From positions 41,002-105,001 of the forward strand of contig CAWAWB010000021.1 in the NCBI GenBank assembly GCA_963785635.1: DNA of 64,000 nt, written 5' to 3'. Positions 63,237-64,000 of this stretch are shown here, piece after piece. The DNA is from an uncultured Phycisphaerales bacterium (GTDB lineage Bacteria; Planctomycetota; Phycisphaerae; SM23-33; FEN-1343). Numbering within the stretch: the first letter of the stretch is position 1; every line of letters starts with the position of its first letter. The position numbers and the translations under genes are program-made. The notes under the pieces were generated by a model. It was not told the origin of the DNA, did no database searches, and saw nothing but the letters and a program-made list of their open reading frames with translations.

Positions 63237-64000
63237 GGCTCGCTCCTCGCCGCGGCGGCTTTACCGCTCAGCAGTTCCTGCGCGGCCGCCAGCACCTGCT
63301 CAACCGTGATCCGCTGCATGCACTGGTGATGCTTCGCATCGCTCAGGCGGCAGATCTTTTTCTGGCAGGGGCCGCACTCCACGTCGACGCGGATCATTCG
63401 CTCGCGTGGGTAATCGATGATCGTCCATTCCGGATCGGTCGAGCCGAAGATCGTCACCATCGCCGAGCCCAGGGCCGCCGCGATGTGGCGGGGGCCGGTA
63501 TCGCCGGTGATCATCACGGCCGCGCGCGGCCAGAGCCTTCAAAATCCCCAGCGAAGGACCGATGTGCGCCATACTGATGGCGGGCTTATGCCGCATGGCC
63601 GCTTCCATGGCTCCGCTGATTTCCTGTTCGTGGGGGCCGCAGTTGACCACGATCCTGGCGCCGGACTGTTCGTACAGCCGGTCAGCCACGGCCGCGAAGC
63701 GGTCGACCGGCCAGAGTTTGCTGGAGCCGAAGGAGGCGCCGGGGTTGATAATCACCAGCGGATCATCCGCGCCGACCCCCGCCTTCTCCAGCATCTCCTG
63801 CGCGGCGGCGGCGAAAGGCTTTTCCACCGCCAGTTGCATGCCGCGATCATCCGCGGGGCAGCCGAGTTTGCCTATGAGGGACAGATAATACGAAATCGCC
63901 GGCACGGGCATCAGCCGCCCGTAGGTGTGGCGGGGGGCTTCCAGGCGGTCAGTCAGCAGGAAGCCGCGGCCATCGCGGGCGTAGCCCAGCCGCCGCTTCA
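63233..64000 (-). CDS. GT9 LPS heptosyltransferase (WaaF-like), 5'-truncated by window, frameshifted
   Basis: NPGASFGSSKLWP, DTGPRHIAAA, FGSTDP, CGPC...C. Confidence 0.88.

Overview
This is a GC-rich chromosomal window, probably from a planctomycete (Phycisphaerae-like); that assignment is an inference from the PEP-CTERM proteins, gene content and repeat style. It carries housekeeping and envelope genes (dnaJ-like, ogt, mntP, clpB, thiC, holA, bioY, waaA, proB, nadE, plsY, LPS glycosyltransferases), a sugar/amino-sugar gene group, tRNA-Ser(TGA), four insertion sequences with readable ends and many REP-like intergenic repeats. About 15 conserved genes carry single-base frameshifts, which most likely reflects unpolished long-read sequence, so split ORFs are joined here. 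The most interesting observations are: (1) a lower-GC operon (14594-16886, minus) with a small membrane protein followed by three unannotated, coupled short peptides sharing a T-[AS]-P-P-P-[AV]-P-x-N motif, split by an IS630 inserted at the membrane gene's stop codon; (2) four paralogous PEP-CTERM genes with a duplicated ~320-nt structured leader, mosaic central domains and one chimeric copy lacking a signal peptide; (3) a DUF3800-type gene with a convergent ~60-nt RNA that has its own promoter and terminator; (4) a ~190-nt 6S-like RNA candidate; (5) two different IS elements each inserted in the loop of a REP palindrome. All family assignments come from motif recognition, not database searches.
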